From the NCBI GenBank assembly GCA_905182495.1, contig CAJJBU010000004.1:101536-165535 (forward strand): 64,000 bases of DNA, given 5' to 3'. Positions 63,039 to 64,000 of this stretch are shown one piece after another; the stretch's first letter is position 1; each line of letters opens with the position of its first letter. A program made the translations under genes and the position numbers. This DNA is from Flavobacteriales bacterium UBA952. Its GTDB lineage: Bacteria; Bacteroidota; Bacteroidia; Flavobacteriales_D; Crocinitomicaceae. A model generated the notes under the pieces. It did no database searches and was not told the origin of the DNA. It was given only the letters and a program-made list of their open reading frames with translations.

Positions 63039-64000
63039 TTAGCCGCAGATCGTCTCCTCAGTAATCTTTAGAATCTTACGCACCTCCTCTAAAGTCGGAG
63101 CTTCTGCATAAACGCGAAGTACAGGCTCTGTACCTGACGGACGAATCATCAACCACCGTTCATCATCTATAAAGTATTTGAAACCATCAAGCGTTTCTAC
63201 ATTTTTAATCGAATAATCACCGAAACCTTTGTATACGCCTGCTTTGCAATTGGAAATAATACTTTGTTTTAATTCTTCAGTAATGTGAAGGTCACTGCGC
63301 TCAAATTTAAATGGATTTACAATTTCATATACCTCATCAATTAGTTCGTCTAAGCTTTTTCCTGACTTGGCCATGAATTCCCATATGATCAATCCCATCC
63401 AAATGCCGTCACGCTCGGGGATATGTCCTTTAACAGCAATTCCTCCAGATTCTTCCCCGCCAACTAAGACATCGTCCGTGACCATAATAGAAGCGATCTC
63501 CTTAAATCCAATTTTGGTAGTAATTACTTCAAGGCCGTAATGGTCACATAGTTTTTTGACACGTGGTGTAACGCTAAAGGCAATCGCTATTTTTCCTGTT
63601 TGTCCTTTGTATTTAACCAAATAATGAATCAATAGGAGAATCAAGTGGTGCGAATCAATAAATTCTCCAGCGCCATTGAACATACCTATCCTATCAGCAT
63701 CTCCATCAGTTGCTAAAGCACATTCTACATTTTCTTTTGTTTTAATGTATTGTTCAAGTTCTTGTAAGTTTTTACCGATTGGTTCAGGAGCCTGTCCCAT
63801 AAAAGAGGGGTTGTAGTCGCAATGTAACAAGTTGACATTGGGTAAAATGCGCGGAAGTACACGTTGTCCTGCACCATACATTGCATCATAAACCAGATTC
63901 ATTTTGGAATCTTGAATAGCTTGAAGATCAAAATTATTTTTAACGTGTTCAACATACATGGTTTCGATGTCATCAACGCGTAAGGTCCCATTAACGGTAT
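63039..64000 (-). CDS. phosphohexomutase (phosphoglucomutase/phosphomannomutase/GlmM family), N-terminus beyond the window
   Basis: Metal-binding ATDGDADR, sugar-binding GGEESGG and phosphate-binding RPSGTEPVLRVYAEA. The frame stays open upstream of the track start to base 64000 (...TVNGTLRVDDIETMYVEH...). Confidence 0.85.
   Translation of the reverse strand, partial: TVNGTLRVDDIETMYVEHVKNNFDLQAIQDSKMNLVYDAMYGAGQRVLPRILPNVNLLHCDYNPSFMGQAPEPIGKNLQELEQYIKTKENVECALATDGDADRIGMFNGAGEFIDSHHLILLLIHYLVKYKGQTGKIAIAFSVTPRVKKLCDHYGLEVITTKIGFKEIASIMVTDDVLVGGEESGGIAVKGHIPERDGIWMGLIIWEFMAKSGKSLDELIDEVYEIVNPFKFERSDLHITEELKQSIISNCKAGVYKGFGDYSIKNVETLDGFKYFIDDERWLMIRPSGTEPVLRVYAEAPTLEEVRKILKITEETICG

Noticed and set aside
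1-64000. CRISPR arrays, IS elements or transposases, prophage genes, toxin-antitoxin or restriction-modification systems, and rRNA genes.
   Set aside because: I scanned the ORF products and the intergenic regions. There are no regularly spaced repeats, no transposase, integrase or phage-like proteins apart from XerD, and no rRNA-like sequence.

Overview
AT-rich chromosomal segment from a Bacteroidota genome, probably Flavobacteriia-like. The phylum call rests on T9SS C-terminal sorting domains, a PorV/PorU-like gene pair, a MoxR-DUF58-BatA-BatD aerotolerance-type operon, the rpmB-rpmG-DUF4295 trio, a short 290-aa primary sigma factor and TAnnTTTG -7 boxes. About 60 genes are present and most are housekeeping: purS, pssA, lpxD, rpmE, tsaC, rpoD, priA, cdd, pdxH, ftsY, rpmB/rpmG, xerD, aroQ, aat and one tRNA-His. 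I recognised no rRNA, CRISPR array, transposase, phage gene or defence system. The observations worth a second look are: (1) a PorV-like outer-membrane protein translationally coupled to a 1719-aa gingipain-fold (C25) protein that has its own T9SS C-terminal domain. (2) A cysteine dioxygenase plus CSAD-type PLP decarboxylase pair, a predicted cysteine to hypotaurine route. The dioxygenase has eukaryote-like Cys/Tyr cofactor residues, and the pair is divergent from a Na+/solute symporter and an ATP-grasp-like gene. (3) A phosphate-uptake locus (Na/Pi cotransporter with an extra N-terminal domain, DUF6428, P-type porin) whose shared intergenic region has two copies of an 11-bp-periodic direct-repeat motif. 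(4) A high density of broken genes: a response regulator, BatC, an MBOAT/AlgJ-like O-acylation pair and a cold-shock gene are frameshifted, and an alpha/beta hydrolase has an in-frame stop. All eight frameshifts I could map are in the same +1 direction, one of them in an A10 tract. This could be insertion-biased sequence error, real gene decay or phase variation, and it needs read-level checking. Product calls come from my own recognition of motifs in the supplied translations. No database search was run.
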